From: Bacteroidota bacterium
GTDB taxonomy: Bacteria; Bacteroidota; Bacteroidia; Flavobacteriales; Flavobacteriaceae
Direction of reading: 5' to 3'
NCBI GenBank assembly: GCA_043738745.1
Contig: JAYUFL010000135.1
Coordinates: forward strand, 796 to 64,795
Length of the DNA stretch: 64,000 nucleotides
The notes under the pieces are model-generated. The model searched no databases, was not told the origin of the DNA, and saw only the letters and a program-made list of their open reading frames with translations. The translations under genes were made by a program, and so were the position numbers. Every line of letters begins with the position of its first letter. Positions within the stretch are counted from its first letter, which is position 1. This document shows, one piece after another, positions 40,801 through 50,799 of this stretch.

Positions 40801-40838
40801 CACAGAGGTTCACGAAGAATACACAGAGTCTCACAGAG
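40801..40838. repeat. CACAGAG repeat x4, spacing 10/11/10
   Basis: CACAGAG 40801, CACGAAG 40811, CACAGAG 40822, CACAGAG 40832. Confidence 0.8.
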
Positions 40839-40842
40839 TTTT

Positions 40843-43800
40843 TTATTTAATGATTGAAGAATTGGTTTTTGCTTCTTCGGTTTTAATAGCGTCTAATTCT
40901 TTTTGGGCTTCTTCTTGAATGTCAGCAAAATCTTTAAAATTCTCTAAAACGGCATTCAAAATATAGGTTGCTTGGTAACTATCTTTTAATCCATAAAAAT
41001 TTTTTGCCATGACAATCAATCCTTTAGCACCAAAATATTTATAACTTGAATACTCTTTTGATAATTTATTAACCGATTTATTAGACAAGTCAAAATTGCC
41101 ATCTTTATTTTTAAAATAGGCATCATAAAACAAGGCTTCGGCAGCCAATTCGCCTTTTGCGATAGTTTGTAATTTTGCGTATGCAACTCTTGCTTTAGCA
41201 TCATCACTTGATTTTATTGCAGAACGTGCCACGATAATTTGAGCATCGGATTTGATTTTATTTTCGGTTTTTGGATTGGCTAAAACCTTTTCGGCATAAA
41301 TCACAGCATTTGGATAATCTTTTAAATCGTAGTACGATTTCATTAAATTTGCTTGTGCAAAAGTTACATTTTGCGGAAAATCGGCTTCGGTTTCTAAACG
41401 TTTTAAAATTGGTGGTGCTTTTGTAAAATCGTTTATTTTGATAAAAATTTGAGCCAAACGAGCCAAAGATTGCTCCGTAAATTCGTTTCGTGTTTTTGAA
41501 ATTACATATTCATAATTTGGAATCGCATTTTTCTCTAAACCTTCATTAAAGTACAATTGTGCCAAATAGAAGTTTGCTTTCAAAGCATTGATTCCGTTTG
41601 GAAATTTTGAAACATAGCCCGAAAACCCTGTAATTGCAGGTTTCGAATTGCCTTGTTGGTATTGTTTATCCGCAGAATTAAATGTGTCGTTATCTAAATC
41701 TGTATCAGAAACCTCAACAAAATCTAGCGTTTTTACCCAAGTTGCATATTCATCGACTTTTCCATTATCAACATAAATCAATCGTGCTGTCGCAACGGCT
41801 TCTAATGCTTCGGAAGATTTTGGAAACTCCGAGGCTACTTTTTTAAATTTTGAAATTGCCAAATCATCTTTATCAGAATTGTAATAAATCAAACCTTGTT
41901 TTAAAATTGATTTTGCATTATAGGAGCCATTTTTAAATTCCGAATTCAATTGATCGTAAATTTTAATTGCCAAGTCGTTTTTGTTTTCGGATACATAGGT
42001 ATTTGCGAGTTCAAACAAGGCATCGTCACGATATTGCGATTTTGGAAAATCTTTTAGAAATTGATTAAAATTTTCAATTTTTTTATCATTTTTAGATAAA
42101 AATCCATAACAAATTGCTTTTTGATATGCAGCATAATCCGCATCAATACTTTTAGATTCAATAACTTTTGTGTAAGAATCCAAAGCAATCTGATACTTTT
42201 GCATCACAAATCGAGAATCTGCTAAACGCAGAAAACTATCATTCAATCGAACTTTATCGTCTTTCACAGCATTGATTTGCAACTGAAAAAAATCGCCTGC
42301 TTGATCGTATTGCTTCATTTTAAAATTACAATAGGCAATATTGTAATTGATGTTTTTATATTCTGGAACATTTTTCGATTCGGGTAAACTCGCAAATTGA
42401 TTGAAGTTAGATAACGATTCGTTGAAATTTTCTAGAATAAATTCGGTTTCGGCTTTCCAGAAAGTGGCACGAGCCAAAAATTTTGGATCTTTTTGTTCTG
42501 CAATCGATTTTTTAAACATCGGATTCGCTTCTTTGTAATTTCCATCTGTAAAAAGTTCTAAACCACGATAAAATGTTACCTTTTGATAGGCTAATTTGTT
42601 TTCGGGTTTTCTGTTTTTATCTAATAAAATCAAGGCGTCTTTATAATTTTTTGAAGAAATAAAAGAATTTATTAATAAATTTTCTAATTCTGGAACGTTA
42701 GTGTTTTTTGGATATTTTGCAATAAAATTCGATAAAACATCGGGAACAGATTGGTAGGAATTTCCGATTTCGTAACTCAATTTGGCATAATTCAAATTAG
42801 CATCTTCTTGAAGTTTCAAATCAAAAACCATCTCCGAAGCATTCTTAAAAGCGTTGAATGCTTGTAATTTTCTATCGGTTTTGAGATAACATTCACCCAA
42901 ATGATAATAGCCATTTTGGGCAACAAAATCTTTTCCGTCAATAATTTTATTGAATTGCGAAATGGCATTTTCGAAATTATTTTGTTTGTAATAGGCATAT
43001 CCCAATTGGTAAAAATCGGTATTGTTCCATTTTCCTTTCTTGCCACGATATTCTAATAAATAGGGCAATGCTTTATCGTATTGATTCAAATTGAAATAAC
43101 TTTCGCCAATGATTTTGCTTAATTCTGATTTCTCCGAAGCATTGGATATTTCCATAGCCACTTTTCCCAAATCGATTGCTTTTTGAAATTTCCCTAATTT
43201 AAAATTCATATCTGCCTGAAAATAGGACAGTTTTTCTTTGTATTTTTCCTCGCCAGCAACTTGGTCAAATTGTTTGTTGGCTTCTTTGTAATTATCAACT
43301 TCATAGGCCATAAACCCTAAATAATACTTCGCTTGCGAGCCATACTCGGGAGAATTTACAACTTTATTGAAATAATTGGTGGCTTCTTTTACATTTTTAG
43401 AGGTGAAATAACCATATCCTAATTGAAAATAAAAAGCATCTAAATCTTGACTGTTTAAAGTGTTTTCATCAACTTTTTTCGACCATTCTAATGATTTTTG
43501 ATAATTTTCTTGAACAAAATAATAATGTGAGACTTCAATATAGGCTTGGTTTGTTTTGGTACTTGTTGGATAATTTGCAACGAAATTTTCCATTAAATCA
43601 TCAGCATTGGATTGATTGAGATGAATGGCGCAAACCGCAGCATAATAGGAACAATCCGATTGAATATCGAAATTTTTATTTTCTAATTTTACTTTATTAA
43701 ACAAAATTTCTGCCGATTGATATTGCTTGTCCTGAAATAAGGAAAGTGCACGAGAATAATCTTCGGAATCGTTAGCATATATTGCCGATTTTTGCGCCGA

Positions 43801-43872
43801 TGCTGAAAAAAATGCTAGAAAAAGAAATGCTATATATAAAGGAGAAAATCGAATCGTGCGAATTTGTTTCAT
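40843..43872 (-). CDS. Large periplasmic tetratricopeptide repeat protein
   Basis: 1009 aa, signal peptide, many YxLG/AxYxxA TPR pairs. Confidence 0.88.
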   Translation of the reverse strand: MKQIRTIRFSPLYIAFLFLAFFSASAQKSAIYANDSEDYSRALSLFQDKQYQSAEILFNKVKLENKNFDIQSDCSYYAAVCAIHLNQSNADDLMENFVANYPTSTKTNQAYIEVSHYYFVQENYQKSLEWSKKVDENTLNSQDLDAFYFQLGYGYFTSKNVKEATNYFNKVVNSPEYGSQAKYYLGFMAYEVDNYKEANKQFDQVAGEEKYKEKLSYFQADMNFKLGKFQKAIDLGKVAMEISNASEKSELSKIIGESYFNLNQYDKALPYLLEYRGKKGKWNNTDFYQLGYAYYKQNNFENAISQFNKIIDGKDFVAQNGYYHLGECYLKTDRKLQAFNAFKNASEMVFDLKLQEDANLNYAKLSYEIGNSYQSVPDVLSNFIAKYPKNTNVPELENLLINSFISSKNYKDALILLDKNRKPENKLAYQKVTFYRGLELFTDGNYKEANPMFKKSIAEQKDPKFLARATFWKAETEFILENFNESLSNFNQFASLPESKNVPEYKNINYNIAYCNFKMKQYDQAGDFFQLQINAVKDDKVRLNDSFLRLADSRFVMQKYQIALDSYTKVIESKSIDADYAAYQKAICYGFLSKNDKKIENFNQFLKDFPKSQYRDDALFELANTYVSENKNDLAIKIYDQLNSEFKNGSYNAKSILKQGLIYYNSDKDDLAISKFKKVASEFPKSSEALEAVATARLIYVDNGKVDEYATWVKTLDFVEVSDTDLDNDTFNSADKQYQQGNSKPAITGFSGYVSKFPNGINALKANFYLAQLYFNEGLEKNAIPNYEYVISKTRNEFTEQSLARLAQIFIKINDFTKAPPILKRLETEADFPQNVTFAQANLMKSYYDLKDYPNAVIYAEKVLANPKTENKIKSDAQIIVARSAIKSSDDAKARVAYAKLQTIAKGELAAEALFYDAYFKNKDGNFDLSNKSVNKLSKEYSSYKYFGAKGLIVMAKNFYGLKDSYQATYILNAVLENFKDFADIQEEAQKELDAIKTEEAKTNSSIIK

Positions 43873-44085
43873 AAATCAAAAATAAGATTGTTGTTTCTAT
43901 AACGAAATGAATTCGGTTTTTATTATAAACATTGTTTTAAACATTTCTTAATTTAGGAATTGATATTGATATTGTCTTTTGTATTTGATTTTTGAAATTG
44001 GTTTTTGAAATTGTTTCGATTTTTAAAAAATAAATTTTGATTAACTGCGTTTAGATAGTACTTTTACAAAATAAAATCATTCAAT

Positions 44086-44769
44086 ATGTCAAAATCTGTA
44101 CTTTCTCTTCATGGAGTAACTATTTATCAATCCGAAAAAATTATTTTGGATGATATTAATCTCGAAATCGAGAAAGGAGAATTCATTTATTTGATAGGAA
44201 AAACAGGTTCAGGAAAAAGTAGTTTCATGAAAACGCTCTATGGCGAATTGAAATTAGCCACTGGCGAAGGTTCGTTTGTGGGTTATGATCTAAAAACTTT
44301 AGAAGAAAAAGAAATTCCGTTTTTGAGACGAAAAATAGGAATGGTTTTTCAGGATTTTAAATTACTTTCCGATCGAAGTGTGTATCAAAACATGCTTTTT
44401 GTTTTGAAAGCCACCGGTTGGGAAAACTTGCAAGAAATGGAATTGAAAATCGATGAAGTACTTTCAAAAGTTGGGTTAAAAGATTTTGCTCAAAAAATGC
44501 CTCATCAACTTTCTGGAGGCGAACAACAGAGCGTAGCCATTGCACGCGCTTTGCTCAATGATCCCGAAATAATTCTTGCCGACGAACCCACGGGAAACCT
44601 CGATCCACAAACCAGTGCCGAAGTTTTAGAAGTACTTAAAAAAGTTAATGCGTTAGGAAAAACCGTGATAATGGCAACACACGATTATGCGCTTTTGATG
44701 AAATTCCCGGCAAAAACATTGAAATGCGAAGACGGGAAGATTTTTGAAGTGGTTCAGAAAACGGTTTAA
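44086..44769 (+). CDS. ftsE: Cell-division ABC ATPase, FtsE-like
   Basis: [45 protein letters not shown]. Confidence 0.75.
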   Translation: MSKSVLSLHGVTIYQSEKIILDDINLEIEKGEFIYLIGKTGSGKSSFMKTLYGELKLATGEGSFVGYDLKTLEEKEIPFLRRKIGMVFQDFKLLSDRSVYQNMLFVLKATGWENLQEMELKIDEVLSKVGLKDFAQKMPHQLSGGEQQSVAIARALLNDPEIILADEPTGNLDPQTSAEVLEVLKKVNALGKTVIMATHDYALLMKFPAKTLKCEDGKIFEVVQKTV

Positions 44770-44829
44770 TTAATAGTTTGTAGAGTTCAGTTTATAGATT
44801 GTGTAAAAATTCATTTGTTACAAAACAAA

Positions 44830-44856
44830 AAAACCTTGGCATGACACCAAGGTTTT
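44830..44856. terminator. Bidirectional terminator
   Basis: AAAACCTTGG-CATGACA-CCAAGGTTTT between convergent genes. Confidence 0.75.
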
Positions 44857-44878
44857 CATAAATTTAAACTTAAGTAAT

Positions 44879-45563
44879 CTATCCAGCAACTGTAACGGTT
44901 ACAATATCACTCCACATACCTACTTTTTCGTCGTTCATTAAATAAATGGCACGGTAGTTCCAAATGGCACTTTGTACTTGTGCTGGCATAGTAGAATTAT
45001 CTATAAAATCAGGATGAAAATCTTTGTCTAAGGTTACAAATCCTGCTCCGCTGTCTTTTTCGATAAGTATTCTTCCCAATTTTCCTTTTTTCCAAAGTAA
45101 ATTTACTTGTCCGCCTCGCATTACTGATTTTAAAACAGGTTTTGCATTGTCTAAATCGATTTTTTGCGAAGCCGAAATTTCTATTCCCAAGTTTTGACCT
45201 ATGGCAGTAGTATAACTTTGATGTGCTTTAATGCGGTTGACCATGGTTGTAAACCGAACCAAAATACCTGGTGGCACTACCCGTTGGGGTGATATCCAAC
45301 GTTGGGGCTTCGGGAGCTGTGTTACTGGTTACGTTGGATTCTCATTTTTTGAGAATGTTTTTGAACGTAGTCCAATTTTTTTTGTAGGTATCTACTTTTT
45401 TAAAATTTGTAACTGCCCAAGTATAAAAAACCGCATCGGTCTGAATACTTGTTACCTCGGCGGTAGAAATTGCAAATGCAACATTGTAGGCGTCAATTTT
45501 TGAAGCAAAATTTGCTAATTGAATGGCTAATTTTTCGTCTATTTGTTCTAAATAAGTTCCCAT
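44879..45563 (-). pseudogene. Disrupted hypothetical gene (about 227 aa if restored): in-frame TGA plus a +1 frameshift
   Basis: 73-aa ORF ends KK-TGA(45342-45344), the frame stays open as ESNVTSNTAPEAPTLDITPT, and removing one base near 45280-45290 joins it to VVPPGILVRFTTMVNRIK...VTVAG. Confidence 0.75.
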
Positions 45564-45714
45564 GATAGTATTGTTTAAATTAATATTACCAAATAAAATT
45601 CAATATTTATGCCGATTTTTAATATTAATCTTTATTTAAATCATAAAAAAATGTTATAAAATATATTATTTATGATATATTGTTAATAATCAATAATATA
45701 AAATTTTCTTTATC

Positions 45715-45923
45715 CAGTAAGAAATGTTTTTTGACCAGTAAGAAACTATTTTACATCAGTAAGAAATCATTTTTAAACAATACAAAACTATTTTATACCA
45801 GTAAGAAATCATTTTGAACAGTTGGAAATCATTTCTAACCCTCCTAAAATCATTTTTGACTAGTAGGAAATCATTTTATCCCAGTAAGAAATTTTTTAGA
45901 GCAAGGAAAAATTATTTCTGCAA
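45715..45923. repeat. Degenerate 21-bp tandem array, about 10 units, consensus CAGTAAGAAATCATTTTxxAC
   Basis: Units start at 45715, 45736, 45757, 45778, 45799, 45819, 45840, 45861, 45882, 45903. Confidence 0.85.
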
Positions 45924-45936
45924 CTGATAAAACAAA

Positions 45937-45966
45937 AAAAGCCGAAAAAATAATTTTTCGGCTTTT
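45937..45966 (-). terminator. Intrinsic terminator of the T9SS protease gene
   Basis: AAAAGCCGAAAAA-ATAA-TTTTTCGGCTTTT, 27 bp past the stop at 45993. Confidence 0.8.
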
Positions 45967-45992
45967 ATAGATTAAAATAAATTCAAGACTAT

Positions 45993-48900
45993 CTATTTTT
46001 TTATGAATTTAAAATCTTGTGAGTAACTCTCGGAAATTAATTTTACGATATACATTCCGTCTGAAAATTGTTGCAAATCGACTTGGCAATTTGGAATTTC
46101 GGAATCGGAAAGATTTTTGCTGAATAAATTTCGACCATTCAAATCATAGACATTCAATTGAATTGAATGATTGCCGAAAAGTGTTGTATCGATGTTCATC
46201 AACTCGAATGTTCCATTGTTTGGATTTGGAAAAAGAACAATATTGTTGATTAGTTCTGATTCTATTTTTTGTTCCAATCCAACTTTTGCCGTTTTAGAGA
46301 GAACACAAGGCTCTATTTTAGCAGAAAACACCGCGCCCGAATTGATATAGGTGTTTGGTTTTAAACTAATAAAATCTCCTGCTCGCATGGTAACCTTTTT
46401 TCCTGTCGCTACCAAATAGTTAGTGTTGGTTATAATTGAGTTTTGACGACGATACAAAACCGTTGTGTTAGGCTCTGGAACTGACAAGGTCAAGGTGCTT
46501 AAACCACAATTGTTGTTTGTGTTACCACACGATGGATCAGAGGCTGGTAATACGGTAACAGTTAAAGTTGCAGTTGTAGCGCATTGTCCTGTTGCTGCAG
46601 TAAATGTATAGGTTGTTGTTGCTGTATTGTTTGCTGTTGGGGACCAAGCACCTGTAATACCAATTGCATTTGTTGAAGTAGTTGGCAATGCAAATGTTGA
46701 GCCCAAACAAATAGGTGCAATTGAGTTGAACGTTGGAATAATACCTAAACTTACAACAGTAATAGTACATGAAATCGGAATAACACATAGACTTGTATTA
46801 AGTGGAAAAAAAGTAATTTGATGTATCCCTAATCCAGCAGTTGTTGAGTTAAAAGAATAAACACCGTTGTTATTTATAACGCCATCTCCTGAAAAAGTAC
46901 CAGATATAGGTTGAGATGTAGTAATAAAATCGCTTAAATTATTTAAATTAGAGTTTATACATACCGATTTTGGTAAATTAAAAATAACATCTGGTGATAA
47001 TCTTAAATCAACATTATCAAGATAGTAATAGTAATAACCTTGATCTGTATATAAACCATAATTAAAATTATAATGATCACAAATATTTTCATCTGGTTGT
47101 AAAGGAATATTTTTATATTGTACGTTTTTAAGACCGCCTAAATATAAATATTTTTCACCTCCTAAAGAATCCGTAGTAAACGTAAAACTAATTCTTTCCC
47201 AACCATTTGAAATAGTTGAAAAAGTTGGATTAGTAAAAAGCATACTTGAATTATTTAGAGGTAAGTCTACAAAACGGTTTGATTCAATTATTAATTTTTT
47301 GCTTAGATATGCTTGCAACTTTATAGCCGTCGAATTACTTCCCTCTGCCAAAGAAACATCAAAGCATAATTGATATTTTGTATTTGCTAGTAATGGTTGT
47401 TTTAGCTGTGTTATAATAGATTCATTTTGACCACCAGATACGACTGGTATAAAATTATTTACTTGTTTTGGTGCTCCAGCAATGCCAGCATATGCAGCGT
47501 ATCCGCGATTATCATTTTCAAAACCTGCATGATTACAAGGAATTTGAAAATTATAATTAGTATTAAAAACACTTAATGCATTAAAATAACCTGGTGTGGA
47601 ATTTTCGCAAGACGATCTCCAACCACATGCCTTTATAATTTGAGGGTAGTCAACGCATATTCCGCCACAAGGCAAGTTAGAATATTGTTCGAAATTACCA
47701 TTATTAACTAAATTGTCATTTATTGGTGTTGCACAACTAGAATTATCAAATACATAAACAAAAACATAGGTTAAATTTCCTTTTTGATTAGTTACAATAT
47801 TAATTGGAACATATCTCAGAATGTGAAGTCCGGGTACATTACTAACAAAAGAGATACTTGTTGTTAAATCTCCAGATGAGACAGATAAATTAGATGCGCT
47901 GAATGAAGTAGTAGTGGAAAGATCTTCTAAACAACTAAATCTGAGATTATTTAAATTTGGAGAATAATCAATATTAGAGTTGTTTGTGTAATCGTTGGCT
48001 AATATATTTGTTATATTTATGGTTTGCCCCATAGTACCAATAAATTGAAATGACTGATCTGCATTTAGTCCATCATTAATTCCGCCAACAATTGAACTAT
48101 TTAGAGGAATTGTATAATCAATGAAACTATGTTGTGCAACATTTCCAAAGGTTGTTTTTACGCTATATCCTATATCAGATAAAACATTTCTCTCTTCAGG
48201 GCGTAAAAATCTTTTTGTTGATATTGAGCCAATTGCATTACTCATTGCAAAATATAAATTATTATTTGCATAATTACAAGTTGGATATAACTGATCTTCA
48301 AAATGACTTAAACTACTACCGCTTTCAAAACATTGAGGTGTATATAATGGAATTGGTGTGTTGTTGTTTCCTGTATAAGTAATGGCTTTACCACAGATTG
48401 TTTTATCTACTGAAGAATTTAAATTTAAATGATTCAAGTTAGTGCAATCAGGGTATAAGACGTTTGTGTTTAGATGCGGATTAAATATATAATCGTACAT
48501 ATTGCAGGAATCACTTGCATTTGTAATTAAGTTAGTTCCATTAGAAGATAAAAATTTATCATAACGACTGTAATAATGATCCGCTATTCCTGGTTGATTG
48601 AAGTAAACCGATGAATTACCAGTTTCATTAATTAAACTATTAAAACCTAATAGATGCATTGCTTCGTGGAAAATTATACTGTAAAAATCAATAAGTCCAA
48701 CAGGAGAATTTATGCTTAAATCATTGTTCCAATTAAAACTTGTGTTAGTGTAATTTACAGATATAAATCCATGATGAAATCTATTATTTAAACCAGTACT
48801 CGGTAAAATAATATTGTTGTTTGTGTAAGAATCATTTCCACTATTTATTGTCTGCCAAAGCATAGTGTCCAGAATACCTCCCTTAGAATTATTATAAGGA

Positions 48901-49325
48901 ATGCTATAAAAACCTGAACTCACCGCTAAAGCACCACTTTTAGCAGCTATTGTAGCGTTTATAATATTATTTATGGGACGTATCCAAATATTTACTCTAT
49001 TTATATTTCCAACATTTTTTAGTGGTGAATTAATAAAATCCGACAAATCACTAAATACCTGGCAGACAACTGCTCTTCTTTGAATTTCGACTGCGCTTGT
49101 GCCTTCCATACCACAACCTATTTCAAAATACAAGTCGAATATCCCAGAACTACAAAGTAGAGTTATAGATGATTTTGAACCTAAACTGGAGTTACTTGAA
49201 GTTTCAATTTGAACGTCTTTTATACTATATTCAGTACCAAACCTATCGTATAAACCACCATGATTTAAATTTGTATTTGCTAACTGCAATGGACTTTGTC
49301 CAAACCCCAAAACTCCCACTATCAA
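45993..49325 (-). pseudogene. T9SS type A zinc-metalloprotease-like protein, 5'-truncated at the IS3 boundary
   Basis: HEAMHLLG (HExxH), GSSLSHFED, NGNFE CBM-like module, RAGDFISLKP, CTD LFPNPNNG...GMYIVKL...KFIKK. The ORF begins mid-signal peptide (LIVGVLGFG-Q) 1 bp from the IS end. Confidence 0.7.
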
Positions 49326-49360
49326 TTAGACTGCACCCAAAAAGTTAGACAAATTTATAA

Positions 49361-50194
49361 TTAATTTTGATAATAATGAGTTCGATATTTTATCGGGCTC
49401 ATTTTGTTTAAATTTGATTTAATTCTTTCGTTATTGTAATAGTTTATATATTCATTTATTTCCTTTTTTAATTGATCAATTGAGTGATATTTTTTAAGAT
49501 AAAACAATTCAGATTTTAGAGTTCCAAAGAAGTTTTCAATAATAGCATTATCTAAACAATTTCCTTTCCTTGACATGCTTTGCATAATGCCTTTTTCTTT
49601 TAATAAATGCTGATATTGCTTCATTTGATATTGCCAACCTTGGTCAGAATGTAGTGTTAAATTAGTATTGTTGGGTATTTTCTTAAATGCTTTTTTTAAC
49701 ATCATAACTACTTGATTAAATACTGGTCGTTCTGTAAGCTCATAACTAACGATTTCCTGATTAAACAAGTCAATAATAGGCGATAAATACAATTTATTTC
49801 CAGAGACATTAAATTCAGTAACATCTGTTGCCCATTTCTGATTTGGAGCAGCGGCTTTAAAATTTCTTTCTAAAATATTTGGTGCTATTTTGCCCTGTTC
49901 TCCTTTATAGGATTTATATTTTTTAACTCTAATTAAACTCTTTAACCCTAATAATTTCATCAATCTTAAAACAGTTTTATGGTTGATAATTAATCCTTTG
50001 TTATTTATTTCATCAGTAATTCTTCTATACCCATAACGCCCTTTATGTTTATGATAAATAGATTTAATTAATTCCTTAATCACTCTGTATTTATCAGGCA
50101 ATTTACTTTGGTTTTGATAATAATAAAAACTACTACGTGCCATATTAGTATGATTTAAAAGTGTGTTTAAATCATACTTATGCCTTAATTCCAT
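49361..50194 (-). CDS. IS3 OrfB, DDE integrase-core transposase
   Basis: YGYRRI, KWATDVTEF, HSDQGWQY, SMSRKGNCLDNAIIENFFGTLKSE. Confidence 0.93.
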   Translation of the reverse strand: MELRHKYDLNTLLNHTNMARSSFYYYQNQSKLPDKYRVIKELIKSIYHKHKGRYGYRRITDEINNKGLIINHKTVLRLMKLLGLKSLIRVKKYKSYKGEQGKIAPNILERNFKAAAPNQKWATDVTEFNVSGNKLYLSPIIDLFNQEIVSYELTERPVFNQVVMMLKKAFKKIPNNTNLTLHSDQGWQYQMKQYQHLLKEKGIMQSMSRKGNCLDNAIIENFFGTLKSELFYLKKYHSIDQLKKEINEYINYYNNERIKSNLNKMSPIKYRTHYYQN

Positions 50195-50718
50195 TATGAC
50201 TTGCGCTTTTTGGCGTTCTCTTCTGATTGAATTAAGGCTTGTAACTTTTTTAAAAAATCGAGTTCACAACGTAAGGCTTCATTTTCTAATAAAAGTTCCT
50301 CTTCTCTGGTTAGAGGCTTATCTGATTTACGTTTTTTACGTTTATTATTCATAGTCTTTGGTCTTCCTTTAGGTTTGGAATACAAACCCTTCAAGCCAAA
50401 GTTAGCAAAATCTTTTTGCCATTGAAAAATAGATGAAATGGGAACTTCAAATTTAAGGCTAGCGTCAAATAAAGATGAAACAGTAGAATTCATATATTTG
50501 ACAACACTAACTTTAAAAACTAAACTATAAATAGTCTTACTTTTATTAATTTCTAAACCTAATATTCCCTTAGATTTATATAAACTTACCCATCTTCTAA
50601 TTACAGAATGATCTATGTCAACTGCCTTTGAAATTTCGATATAAGATTGATGATCGTTTATGTATTTTAAAACTTGTTCAAGTTTAAATTCCGATGAAAA
50701 ACTTCTTTTCTTATTCAT
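50194..50718 (-). CDS. IS3 OrfA, tandem HTH protein
   Basis: FSSEFKLEQV...IRRWVSLY and second HTH FKVSVV...IFQWQK; C-terminal ENEALRCELDFLKKL; A6G slip site at 50245-50251. Confidence 0.88.
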   Translation of the reverse strand: MNKKRSFSSEFKLEQVLKYINDHQSYIEISKAVDIDHSVIRRWVSLYKSKGILGLEINKSKTIYSLVFKVSVVKYMNSTVSSLFDASLKFEVPISSIFQWQKDFANFGLKGLYSKPKGRPKTMNNKRKKRKSDKPLTREEELLLENEALRCELDFLKKLQALIQSEENAKKRKS

Positions 50719-50799
50719 AAAAATGCCCCAAATAGTGTCTAACTTTTTGGGGCATGTCTATTTTTGAATAGGGTTTTTTATATTTAATTAATCAAGTTT

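Larger units (their letters stand above)
49327..50760 (-). mobile_element. IS3 family insertion sequence, 1434 bp (IS150-like)
   Basis: 25-bp terminal IRs TAGACTGCACCCAAAAAGTTAGACA and TAGACATGCCCCAAAAAGTTAGACA; overlapping orfA/orfB; no target duplication. Confidence 0.92.

Noticed and set aside
45342-45344. TGA readthrough (selenocysteine or recoding)
   Set aside because: A second frameshift lesion follows, and the only hairpin overlaps the codon instead of lying 3' of it like a SECIS.
45715-45923. CRISPR array
   Set aside because: Period is only 21 bp, no unique spacers, degenerate units and no cas genes.
49327-50760. IS630/Tc1-type element with TA target duplication
   Set aside because: The transposase is clearly IS3 type, and the TA is better read as part of the 25-bp inverted repeats.
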